DNA of 64,000 nt from Geosiphon pyriformis uo1. Taxonomy: Eukaryota > Fungi > Glomeromycota. The translations under genes and the position numbers were made by a program. Below the pieces are notes generated by a model. It was given only the letters and a program-made list of their open reading frames with translations, was not told where the DNA came from and searched no databases. Location of the stretch: NCBI GenBank assembly GCA_016748015.1, contig JAAOMT010000349.1, forward strand, positions 2,812-66,811, written 5' to 3'. Below, piece by piece: positions 25,130 to 36,018 of the stretch (position 1 is the stretch's first letter; each line of letters starts with the position of its first letter).

Positions 25130-25270
25130 CCGGGAAAACTGGAACACTGGAGAAAAATTCAATACTAATTGCTTAGTCCCTACTTTCAAAAGTGGATAAT
25201 AATTTGGGGTGTTTCGCGGGAGGATTAAAAGGATCATTAGTATTATGGAATAAATACCAAAAAAATGGTT
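25130..25270 (+). mobile_element. Tc1-like transposase fragment
   Basis: GEKFNTNCLVPTFKSG..WGCFAGG; homologous to the minus-strand element at ~28980-29130. Confidence 0.7.
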
Positions 25271-25652
25271 AATTGTGGAAGCAGATCTATACTGCGGGAA
25301 ATATTAAGGAATGGATAACGGAAAATAAAATGGTTAAAATCCATATGAGAAACACAACATTGAAACCCGCTTAACTTTAAATATTTAAAAAATATATACA
25401 TTATAATTTTAGGTAAAAATAGAAAGCCTCAATAATGACTAATTCTTTGAATAAATATAAGTCAAATAACTTATTTCAAAGTATAATAATTTAAAGGTTC
25501 TTTCACAACTGGTAATAAAAAGCAATTACTTATGAATAAGATTGCCTCAAGAAATTCCTCATATAATTTAAATTATTAAAACTTAAATACGTTTTAAATC
25601 TCTAAAGTCTTAATTAAAAATGAATTTAATCCCCAAATTATAATATTCTTAA

Positions 25653-25653
<1 letters not shown>

Positions 25654-25684
<31 letters not shown>
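25654..25684 (+). repeat. (TAA)n microsatellite
   Basis: Read directly from the sequence. Confidence 0.9.
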
Positions 25685-25687
<3 letters not shown>

Positions 25688-25807
25688 GAATAGTCTCTTA
25701 TAAATATATAAAATTAAAGTGATTGAAGCCAATATTTAATTGAGTGAATTTAGTAACTTTCTAGTTACTCGTTTTTTGGGAAAAGATTAATTTATGACAT
25801 ATTTTAG

Positions 25808-26560
25808 GTCTCAGTGGAGACTATTTTCTTGTATTCCGATATGCAAATGGAGGCATACTTCGAGACTATTTAAAGAATCATTTTGAATTTGCTTGGGTCA
25901 GTAAGAAAATGAGCTAGCGAAAAATACAATCGACGCTATAACATATTTGCATGAGAACAAGATATCGCATAGGGATTTAGTGAGTTATTTTATTTAAAAC
26001 AGAAAGACTTTTAAAGTCAAATTATAAAATCCAAGAATTCTTTATAATTTAAGGACTCAAAAATGTTCTCATACATAATGAGAAAGCGATTTTAGCGGAT
26101 TTTGGATATCAAAATCAGAAAATAATACGATTTCATCATGCCATATCTTTGGGCTAGACCCAGTTAGCTTTGAAGATGAACATATAGATATACTGCAGCA
26201 CCCGATATCTATTCTTTGGGTTTTTTGCTATGGGAAATTGCAAGCAGCTATTTACCGTTTCAGAACCGTTTGAGAGATCACACATTAGCCGTTGAAATTC
26301 TAAATGGGAAAAGAGAATGTTGTGTAGAAATATTTAGCACTAAACTAGGAGGATCGCTTTCTCATCCGTTGAATATTTTATATGTTCAGCTTTATGAAAA
26401 ACGCTGGTCAGGTATCATCAAAGGTAGCCTTAATTCCCAAAATTTTTGTTTCACTATAGTTGATATTGAATTCATATTTATTCAAAAAATATAATAATAG
26501 AGCGTACGACAATTATTGATGTTCAACAAAAATTTGATGAGATTTTAGAACTTATCAATA
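25808..26560 (+). pseudogene. Tyrosine-kinase-like (TKL) protein kinase pseudogene
   Basis: YFLVFRYANGGILRDYLKNH, ITYLHENKISHRDL|intron|..NVLIHNEKAILADFG, DIYSLGFLLWEIASSYLPF...EILNGKRE. Frameshifts are present and the N-lobe is missing. Confidence 0.85.
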
Positions 26561-27003
26561 GTGCAGAGGTGTATATTGCTAGTAACCAAGGTGACATACA
26601 ATCACAACACGATTCGAGAAATATTCAAAAAAGAGCGTATATGACAACTTGTGATAAATGTACTTATTGAATTTTTTGTCATTGTTGTTGGGATGAGAAA
26701 ACTTTGTGTAAGCATTGATCTTGGTTGAAAATTAAATTTAAGTTTGAGTTAAATAAACATTTTGGAAATGAAAAAAAGATTGTTCAAATTTTTGTGAACA
26801 AAGGTTAAGAAGATTCTTGTTTGGGAAATTTATCCAGCCACCTAGGAAACTTAATAATAATAAATTATAGATTAATTAAAGAGCTACCTGCTGATTTTTC
26901 TTGTGAAACAATTTTCATGTGAGATAATCCCGTGCATTGACCGAACGTAAATAATATTGGACTTTGATCAGGTTTCTTGTCACTGACCAAATTTCAAAGA
27001 ATA

Positions 27004-28552
27004 ATGCATTTATATTCGGAGTTGGTGTTAATATTGGGTTCATTGGTACAAGCGACTTTGATTTTAAGCCTACCAAAAAATCAAAATTATATAGATTTTC
27101 CAAATAATCAACAAAGCTTGATTTCTGATAAGGATGATTTTTCCAATAATAACTTTGGTTTCTACGTGGAACAGTCAAAAGACGTAATCCCAGATGAAAC
27201 ACAAACTGATCTTATTTCGTCGTCCGAGGATAATAATGATTTAGCAAACTTTGGTTCGAATACCCTTCTAGTAGAAAATAACTTTATAGAATCTCCACTG
27301 TTTGACGTTGAACCCGAAAATTTATATTCCCAGAAACCTCCTATCTGGGATCAAAATCCCAAAAATTTTTTCATACACACTAATAATTTAAACAGTGATA
27401 AATTAATAGAAAATCTGATAACTACCAAAAAAGAAAAAGAAGAAAAACTTAATACATTTTCGCAAACAAAACAATTCAAGCCCAAGCAAGAAGGCCAGAA
27501 GTATATAATACGTCCGGACCAGGAAGATGATTTTGAACTTTTTGCTAGACTGGCAAATGGCCCATATTGTGGCTCTGATGAACAAATAATAGGGTTTGGG
27601 CCGCATATTTCAGGTACCTGACTAAATTCAAAAATCATTTTTTGTTTTCCCAAATTAAATAAATTCTATCAAAATCTCACTCATTATCACGCAGCATACT
27701 TGGTTAAAGACAGATATTACAAACGAATCTTGATTAGTCTTAAAGGCAATGGTCAAGAAGTTGACGTCTTAACCGATCCAGAGAAATTTAAATTAATTTC
27801 CTATCCGATTGCTAACGTTTCAAATTCAACACATGTTGTGAAGACCTCACCCAAACCTCACGTCCATAGGACGTTTTACACAAGGTTTCAATCACAGCAG
27901 AAAAAAATCCTGGCGTCTGTGGAAAAATACATGAAGCTAGATCATATTGCAAGCATACACATGGTCGGGCATGCTTTTGGTGGTGGTATGTGCTATGATC
28001 TTTTGAATTAATTTATTTAAATCTGCAAGGACCTCATTTTTGATTGCGCTTCTTTATTTTAATGGGATTTTATAACCATTAAGCATACGCAGTCTTAACC
28101 GCATTATTTTTAAAGCAAAGATATCCAAAGCGTTTGGTTTTCGTATGGACATTTGGGCAACCACGTCTCGGAGATCCAACATTTGCACAATATATCAATC
28201 AACTTGACCGATTGGTTATTCGACGCATCACAGTCAGTGACGACTCATTTCCACACTTCCCGAGACGAGAAGATGGATTTTTGCATCATGAAGAAGAAAT
28301 TTATGAGGATTTTCATTTAGGGAGGAAATATGTATGTGAAGGAACCCCCGGGGCTGAGAGTCCTGTAAGTTTAAACTCTTTTTAATTGGGGAAGGGATGA
28401 TTGATATTTTGATTTTCATGAACCTAATGTTAATATTTCAGGATTGTGCAAATAAAGAAGAAATGACTTTGGGAAAAGAAAAAGTGGTAGAGCATCATTT
28501 CGGGCCATATTTTGGAACTTTGATGAATTATTGCCAAGATTTTTATGTATGA
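27004..28552 (+). CDS. Secreted Lipase class 3-fold protein lacking catalytic Ser (elbow GHAFGG), long acidic/Asn-rich N-terminal region, 4 exons
   Basis: Exons 27004-27613, 27695-27985, 28084-28364, 28442-28552 join in frame: MHLYSELVLILGSLVQATLILSLP...LFARLANGPYC...ILISLKGN...VHRTFY...MVGHAFGG|AYAVL...WTFGQPRLGD..FA...RITVSDDSFPHFP..FLHHEEE...ESP|DCAN...HHFGPYFG..C..*. Confidence 0.9.
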
Positions 28553-28974
28553 TCAATAACAGAAATTTAGGATCGAAGAGGAATTAGCACACTATAAACT
28601 GAAATACTTTATAATGGGAAAAAAGTTATTCAAAGAAGTCTGATTTTAAAATTTCACAAAGGTTTGGATATTGTCCCATCAAGCTGTTCACACACGCAAA
28701 ACTCTGAAATTTCTATCGGCTTTGAGTTAAGTTTTTTGATCATCCAAAAAGTAAAACAATATTTTCGTTTGAATTGGATTTTTTGCAGAGTGAACTTTTA
28801 CACGTGAAATCCAAATTTAGTGAAACAAACTTTAAATTCTGTACCACACTGATTCAAAATTGGACACAAGAATTCAGATTTACTCAATTTTTTACTTTCG
28901 AATTCGCTGGCCTTCTTCGAATTTCTCCCACAGTATGGATCAGCGCGTTATCTTGCGCAGCTTTCAGTTAACAA

Positions 28975-29560
28975 CTTAATTTTTTCGCCATTTTTTTTGG
29001 TATTTATCCCAAAATACTAATGATTCTTTTAATCCTCCCGCTAACACCCCCAAACCATTACGGATTTTTATCCACTTTTGAAAGTAGGTACTAAACAATT
29101 AGCATTAAATTTTTCCCCAGCCCGCTGCCAAACTCTTGGTTGTCGTGATTGCTTCCCAATTTCCACACTCGTCTCATTAGAGAAGATAGATCTTTGCCCA
29201 ATCGTAAGCAGTTTCATTTTATTTTCAGAATGTGGTTCTGAGATATAAGGTTTTTTTGCTGCGATACGTGAGTGAAGTCTGGAGTTGTAGAGTACATTTG
29301 TGGCAGCTGACAAACCGCATTTTGGACCTAAATTGTTGACAATTTTATGAAGTGGTGTCGTTTTTCCTTGGATTTATACACTAGTAAACCTTTTTCGTGG
29401 TTTTTAAGAATTTGTGGTCTTCCAAAACGTGGTAAGTTTTGACTTTTTCCTGTTCTTTGGTACTTGTCAATAAAGCGCTTTATTGTTGTTGGTTAATGTC
29501 CCTTTGTCAATCCATATAACTGTGGATGAGTGGATGTCATTCTTTACATAATAATATTAT
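28975..29560 (-). mobile_element. Tc1/mariner transposase remnant
   Basis: IKRFIDKYQRTGKSQNLPRFGRPQIL (HTH-linker GRP), SRIAAKKPYIS, IFSNETSVEIG (FSDE), PTFKSG*.SVMVWG. Confidence 0.85.
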
Positions 29561-30107
29561 AATGTTCGAGAGTCGTAAAAGTCGAGTTTATTTGTTAAAA
29601 AGTGAGAAAACTCGATAAGTTGATTTTTAAAGTGGTTACACATGCAAATCGGACGTTATTGTGCATGTATATTTATGCCAATTTTCTTGTAAGCCTTTCC
29701 ACATAAATTGGATCGAGCCGAGGTTCTCTTAAAACTCGAAAGAAGATCCTCATAAGTTTTATGAATCGTGGTTGCCTGTAATAGTTGCCAAAGAAAAACG
29801 ATATTTGAACTTTTAGGTTTTACATATATATTGATTATCAGTTTTTCAATGCGGTGAGATTGTCACATAAAATTCAAAATAATAGGGTTTCTTGTTTCGT
29901 TTCTCTGATATTTTTATAATTTCCTGACAAATAAAATGTCAGAGACCAAAAATATAGAAAATGAATCACCGGTCTAAAAATATTTAGCCAGGAATTAGCA
30001 TTAAAATCTTGTGAACTCAATATTCGGTAACCTTAAACATCCTAAAATCAATAAAAGAGGGAGTAAGAGTATTCGAGAATTTTTTTTACCACTATGGTAA
30101 ACAAAAC

Positions 30108-31009
30108 TTAAGAGAGATTTCTTCTATTGACTCGATCAAAAATTAGGGTTTTATGAACCGGATTAATCTTGAATAGATAATACAATATTTCTCTTTGTAA
30201 TGATGTCAACCTGTCCAGAGGATTCTGTTCAAGAGGTTTCATTTCTTGGATTTTGATTCTTGCCTTTTTCTTGACCTCATCTTGTTCCTCTTTTTTATTA
30301 TTATCATCATCATCATCATCATCATCAGAATCTAAAAAAAGACAAGCCTTCCCAGTTTTTTGTGGAGAGGATGTCTTTTGACCGTTACTATCAAATGTAA
30401 AATTTGGTTCATCAAGCTCTATTCGAGTTTCTGACACCAGAACATTCCTAGAAAAACTATTTCCTCCTGTTAATTCTTCGTCGAATCTTTCATTTCTGAA
30501 ATCAAGTTCTTCATTATGGGTTGCAATTGCTGCAATAACACTTCGAGGAAGCTTCAAAGTCACATCATGTTTCTGAAAAAATGGTTCCGCTAAACGAACA
30601 ACTTGTTGACCAGCTATATTAATTATTTTTAATACCCCCGGTAACTCGTTGACGAGAGCGTAACTCTAAAAGCATTGTAACAATTTTTCATGAAATATTG
30701 AATTATTAAATCAACACAAGGTGTTTGACATACTAATTTCCCGGTATACTCTAATGCACGGTTATTACTCGCGAGGTAGAGTGCTGGGACTTCTCCAAGA
30801 TTAATACATCCATCATGTTCTTCAAAAAGATCAATAAGCTTTTGCTTTGTTGTTTTATCCTCAATACGATCAATAACTCCAGCTTTTTTTGCAACTTTGA
30901 CAGATAGGAAACCATTAGGTTTGTTTTTTGGTGCAGGTGATGGATAAGGATCACTTCGTTGTCTTTTACAATACCTAAAAGGCTTTGGTCTACCACGAAC
31001 ATGTGTCAT
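30108..31009 (-). CDS. ~277-aa protein: N-terminal RGRP AT-hook-like motif, LOTUS/OST-HTH-like domain, poly-Asp tract
   Basis: Exon 1 31009-30734, intron gtatgt...ttttag, exon 2 30665-30108. The join is in frame: KQKLIDLFEEHDGCINLGEVPALYLASNNRALEYTGKL|SYALVNELPGVLKIINIAG, which fits the LOTUS hydrophobic pattern by eye. The gene model is more certain than the domain call. Confidence 0.7.
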
Positions 31010-31646
31010 TTTTGGCGTAAATAGGAGATAGAGGATCAAAAGTTATTGTTAAAGTACATTATCTCTTAAAAACATTAAGAGATAAACACGTCAAGTTATG
31101 TGAAATATTTTAGGTTGATAAAAATAAAGCCTAGCTTAATTTAAGTAGATTCTATTTGTACAGTGATCTAAAGATATTAATTTTATTTCTTTTGGGTTGG
31201 ATTCCGAAATTAACACTAAAAATTCGATAAACGCATGAAATGAAAATAAACACAAGCCACAATACACATTGGTTTTTTTGATCTTGTACTTCTTGCTTAT
31301 TACGTATTATTATTGTAACAAACCATGTCAAGAACAAACGTCCATCGCCCAACCTTCCATTAACTTGTTAAATATTAGTTTTTTTAATTACGCAACCACT
31401 CGATTATAGGGTGGATAACCTTCGCAGGTGATAGCATGTGTATGTACTTTCAATTTTGAATAAATTAACTACTTTTGAATTTTATTTCAAAAATATATAT
31501 ATTTTTAACTATAGTGAAATTAGAAAATACAAACTTTAATTTATTACACTAGACTATATTACAAATCCGGCTATGATTAAAACCCGTATCAGAACGATTA
31601 GAGTAGTTCGATGAGCAATTCGTTTTAAATTTTAGTAATTATTTGT

Positions 31647-32095
31647 TCAGAGTTGAGTTCCACCGGCAAGACGATCAGCTCTACCTTCAGCTTGCAATTG
31701 TGGATTACCGACCACGTTGCCAGTGGTTTCTTTAACTGTACCAGTTACGTTATTTTTAGTTCCTAAAAAAAAATTAAGAAAACATTCAATTATCATTTCG
31801 CCAAATTTTGTTATGAATAATTAATATTACCTTGAACTTGCCCGTGGGCTCTAGCCGCATCAATTTCAGCTTGACCTTCAAGCTTCTTAGCAGCACCTCC
31901 AGCTTGCATTTTATGATTACCGATTACTGAACCACTATTAAGGAAAATAATATATGTGTGAATGATTGATTTTTAGATAATTCGAATCAAGAACTAGCAT
32001 ATCGTGTTTTGGAAACCCTACATAGATTCTTTAACACTGCCTTGAGCTTTTTCCATGTGACCGCGGACTTTGGATGGTTGGTTAGTAGTAGACAT
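31647..32095 (-). CDS. CsbD-like / LEA-like stress protein A (97 aa, 3 exons)
   Basis: Exons 32095-32022, 31934-31831, 31762-31647: MSTTNQPSKVRGHMEKAQGSVKESIGSVIGNHKMQAGGAAKKLEGQAEIDAARAHGQVQGTKNNVTGTVKETTGNVVGNPQLQAEGRADRLAGGTQL*; two CsbD-type repeats. Confidence 0.9.
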
Positions 32096-32269
32096 TTTTT
32101 TGGAATAAATTTTCTTTGATATAAATTTTCTTTGATATAAATTTTGTTAAAAAATTATGCTCTGATAATTTGTGGCATTTAAATAATCTTGCAGCATTTT
32201 TATCATATTTAACATGGTACAAAATAATCATCATCATTACAATGATTCAGATCCAATCTTCGGTAATTC

Positions 32270-32530
32270 CGAATTACATCAATTTAATTTAGGTTTCAAA
32301 GTAACACTGACCTAAAATACGTCATGCTGATGTAAATACTTCACGCTGATGTAATTACGTCACTTAAATAACAATTTTTACGTCAAAATGAGGTCGATTC
32401 GCGGGAAAATCAATTCCCCAGGTTGGGGAATTAAGTTCCCACACATAATCGCCCTTGAATTAACGTCATATTTTGTAAGTTTATCATATATTTAGGTGAC
32501 CACATTTTGTTGTAATTATGACATCAAAGC
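32270..32530. promoter_or_regulatory. Bidirectional promoter with clustered CRE/ATF-like sites
   Basis: TTACGTCA at 32355 and 32378, TACGTCA at 32318, AACGTCA at 32462. Variants TGATGTAA at 32328 and 32347, TTACATCA at 32274, TGACATCA at 32519. Dyad aattcccca-ggt-tggggaatt at 32412-32432. Confidence 0.65.
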
Positions 32531-32733
32531 TTAATTAGGTTAAAGCATCATCAAAAGACAAGAGCATAAGCCAAAGCTTTAAATTTTTGCGAAAAACTCA
32601 TATGCAACAGAACTTTATAAATAGACCTGTCGTCAAAGTCCCGATTTCAATATTCTCAACAACAAACACACAACTAAATCTTTAATCACATCTTCAAATA
32701 AATTTTCAACCAACTCAATTACTTATTATCAAC

Positions 32734-33273
32734 ATGTCTCAACCAAGCAAAGTATCTGGTACCGGTGAATACTATAAGGGAGCAGGTAATTAAACGCTTC
32801 ACTTGTTTGAAGTCTTTTTTGACCGATAAAATTATTAACATTTGATAAAAATTTTTTTTGATTATTAGCTCAAGAAACTTTGTAAGTTTATTCTTTTGAT
32901 CTGGTTAGCTTCCCACATTTCTAGCTCTTTCTCATCTTAAATACTTTGATTTATTTAGGGGAAGTATCATAGGCAATACCGGAATGCAAGCCGAAGGTGC
33001 AAAACAAAAAGCCACCGGTGACGCTGAAATTAAAGCTGGTTCGTTTTTTATTGATAAACTTGCTATGTTCTAATTTTTTCCAATTTATGGGTTGACAAAT
33101 TATGACTTGGTTTTTCTCTAGCCAAAACGCAAGGCTACGCTGAAGGTACTAAAGATCGTCTCACTGGGCATGTAAAGGAAACTGCTGGTAGTGTTGTCGG
33201 AAATGAACAAATGCAAGCTGAGGGTAAAGGTTCGAAGCTGTCAGGCGAAGCTCAACAAAAAATAAATCAGTAA
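32734..33273 (+). CDS. CsbD-like / LEA-like stress protein B (98 aa, 4 exons incl. 13-nt microexon)
   Basis: Exons 32734-32785, 32869-32881, 32959-33038, 33122-33273: MSQPSKVSGTGEYYKGAAQETLGSIIGNTGMQAEGAKQKATGDAEIKAAKTQGYAEGTKDRLTGHVKETAGSVVGNEQMQAEGKGSKLSGEAQQKINQ*. Confidence 0.9.
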
Positions 33274-33864
33274 AAGGACTTTAATTGTAGTCAAAACTAG
33301 AACGTTTTGTTATATCTTAAGTTTTAATATTCTCCTATACTAGTACTAGTACTAGTACTTAAATTTTTTTCTTAAATAAAGAATCAAGTCGACGGTTTCT
33401 TTCCAAAAAAAAAATCTTTTGTCTAATATTTTGAAAAAATAAGGACTGAATGAATTTGTATCACATTTTCATTCATGAGTGATTTATTCTATATTTCAAA
33501 GAGGCTATAAATAATAAATTTTCAATCTAATCCTCCATTTGGTTAAGTTGGAATAGAATTATGAAAAAAGTCCTACTCCTTTATTATAAAAGATAGTACA
33601 TTTCCGCTTTAGAAACTTAATGAAATTTGTAAGCTAAAAATTTTCAGATTCGTTGATATATGGAATTTAAGGTTCCCTAACCTATAGGGGAATGAAAATA
33701 TTGAGATTTACAAGCAAATATATCCCTTCGCTAATATAGGAACTTCGAATAGATAATTTTGACCGGATCGCCAAAAAATTAACTTTTCAATTATTCCAAT
33801 CAAAAAATGCTTCATTTTCATATATCATGTTTCTAATGTGGTACATGTATAATACACGCCAAAT

Positions 33865-34845
33865 CATGCCAAAATATTAGGTCGTCGTGGAAGACAACGG
33901 GAAACCTTAAAAAATCTTAATTCATGAAATTTATAAATGATCAAAAAGCGTAGTTTTCTAAGACATGGCAATTGTTTCAATAAATCTTAATATTTGGAAA
34001 TAAAAGTCTAATCTAACTTAATTTGCACCAATCAGCTTAATCGACTTTCCAAATATCATTTCTATAATAAAATTTTACTTAATATGGAAATACAGAATTT
34101 TCTATTGAGAAATTGCATGGATAGAAAATTACAATTTACAACCGTGGAGAACTTAAAAGATTGCAGTAATATTAACAATATTAGAATTGCAGTTGCTTTA
34201 ATAACAAAAGATATTAATCTTACTAAAAACGAATGTTATACGGTAAAAATGGGACATCTCCGTCACAAAAATAGACGATTAGAATTAAAAAAAAATAATA
34301 CATTATTAAAAAACGTTCTGAACGGCAAATTCTCCGGGAAATTAAAAAAATCCAGATCATATACGAGCAACCGTTAAAAGTGGACGTTAATCTATCATGG
34401 TATGGGGATGTACCCCCTCACGTATGACTGGTGAAGCATATGAAAACCAATTATTATGACTGTCAAAGAACCAATATTCAAAGAAAATAACGCTTCAATT
34501 CACAAATGCTTGTGAAAGAATTCCAAGATAATTTTGAAATTGTGTCTTTGGAATGGACTCCACAATCGCTAGATCTTCGTCCAATTGAAAATATATGAAG
34601 TTAAAATCTGGATTCACCAAAACCGAAAGCCACGAACAGAAGCTGACTTGGAGGAGGCAGTCTTTGATGCTAAAACGTATTAAAGAAGTTATAAAAAGAA
34701 ATAGTTATGCGACACATTGGTAGATGTTTGTTTTCCAATAATAAAGGTTCTAGTGAAAAAGTTACTTTTATTACATATATCTGATAAAAATAATCGTTTT
34801 CGTTTTTTATCTTGAAAAAATCGTCCTAATTTTTGTGTCACTTGT
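33865..34845 (+). mobile_element. Degenerate Tc1/mariner element
   Basis: IFKENNASIH (FQxDNA.xH) and LEWTPQSLDLRPIENI* (WPxxSPDLNPIENxW) at ~34475-34600. Weak terminal inverted similarity caaaa.attagg.cg at ~33871 and ~34822-34836. Confidence 0.7.
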
Positions 34846-35504
34846 CTTTATATGCGAGAATCTGAAAGAACATCCGTCAGAATTTCAGATTAAAAGTCAT
34901 GATAAAAGCTGTCGATTAAAGCTTTTTCTGCTTTCATCTCAGTATCAATAGTCTCAAAGTCTGGATCCAATATAAATGCATACATTTATTAATGTCCAAA
35001 AGTATTTAACCTATTAAATAAGGGGTATATTTTATTTCACAGATTATAATAAAGAAACATAGTTTAAACGGATACTTTTCTTCCTTGCACTGGGTAATTG
35101 AAATCTTCAGGTTCTAAAATCTTAATTTAGAACGCTTAATTAAAATTGATAAACTTTATTCCTATCAGTGGTTCAATATTGAATTTTGCTTTGAGCCTTG
35201 CGCAGTATCATTTTTTGCAAAAAAAGTCGAGTAACTAAACAAAGGTTCAAATGCCAAGAATTTCAATCACGAGAATGATATTCCTCTGTTTAGATTTTTG
35301 GCCATGTGCTGTTTTTAATGATTTATGCCGAACCATGACGACATATTATAATAATTTGATTAGCTTACTTTACATGTGAGAATTTAGGATCACATAAAAA
35401 GGCTTTTTTATCAAAAAGTTTTTTAAATTTGCGGTTTTTCTATTTAAGCAAATATCCCCAATGTGTAATAATAATTATTATTATAAAATTCCTTCAACTT
35501 AAAA

Positions 35505-35919
35505 ATGTCGTCTTCATCTGAAAACCCATCACAAATTCGTGCAATTAAGGATAAAATCGTTGGGAAATTTAAAGAGAAATGGTAAAATAATTTTATCAAT
35601 GTTTTTTTCAATTGACATTTTTCATTTACAGTTTTCGAATTCAAAAGTATTTTTTTCTTTCCTAATTGAAATTAGGGGTGCGATTTTTAAAAACAAAGAA
35701 GTGGAATCAAGCGGTGAAGTACAAGTGTTGGGTGGTGATAAAGAGGAACAGAAAGTAAACATGATGCCAAGTGTGCTTGGTAAGACTTCCTATTATTTTG
35801 TTTGTACCAAAAAATTTATAGTAATTTTGTTCTTGATTCTTTAATAATTTTTTTTAATTTCTCTAGTAGGAAATAAGAATATCCCTGAGGAACTTCATTC
35901 CCAAACTGATCAAACCTAA
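35505..35919 (+). CDS. Divergent CsbD-like protein C (~76-77 aa, 3 exons)
   Basis: Exons 35505-35581, 35676-35779, 35867/35870-35919 (NAGNAG acceptor): MSSSSENPSQIRAIKDKIVGKFKEKWGAIFKNKEVESSGEVQVLGGDKEEQKVNMMPSVL(V)GNKNIPEELHSQTDQT*. Intron phases and the 104-nt exon 2 are the same as in gene A. Confidence 0.75.
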
Positions 35920-36018
35920 TGTGCTTTTTCTGTGTTCATTGAAAATAACATGACTTTTTGTTATGGTACAAAAATTCTTATGTTAAAATATTAGCAAAAT
36001 AAATTATGTTTCATTATA

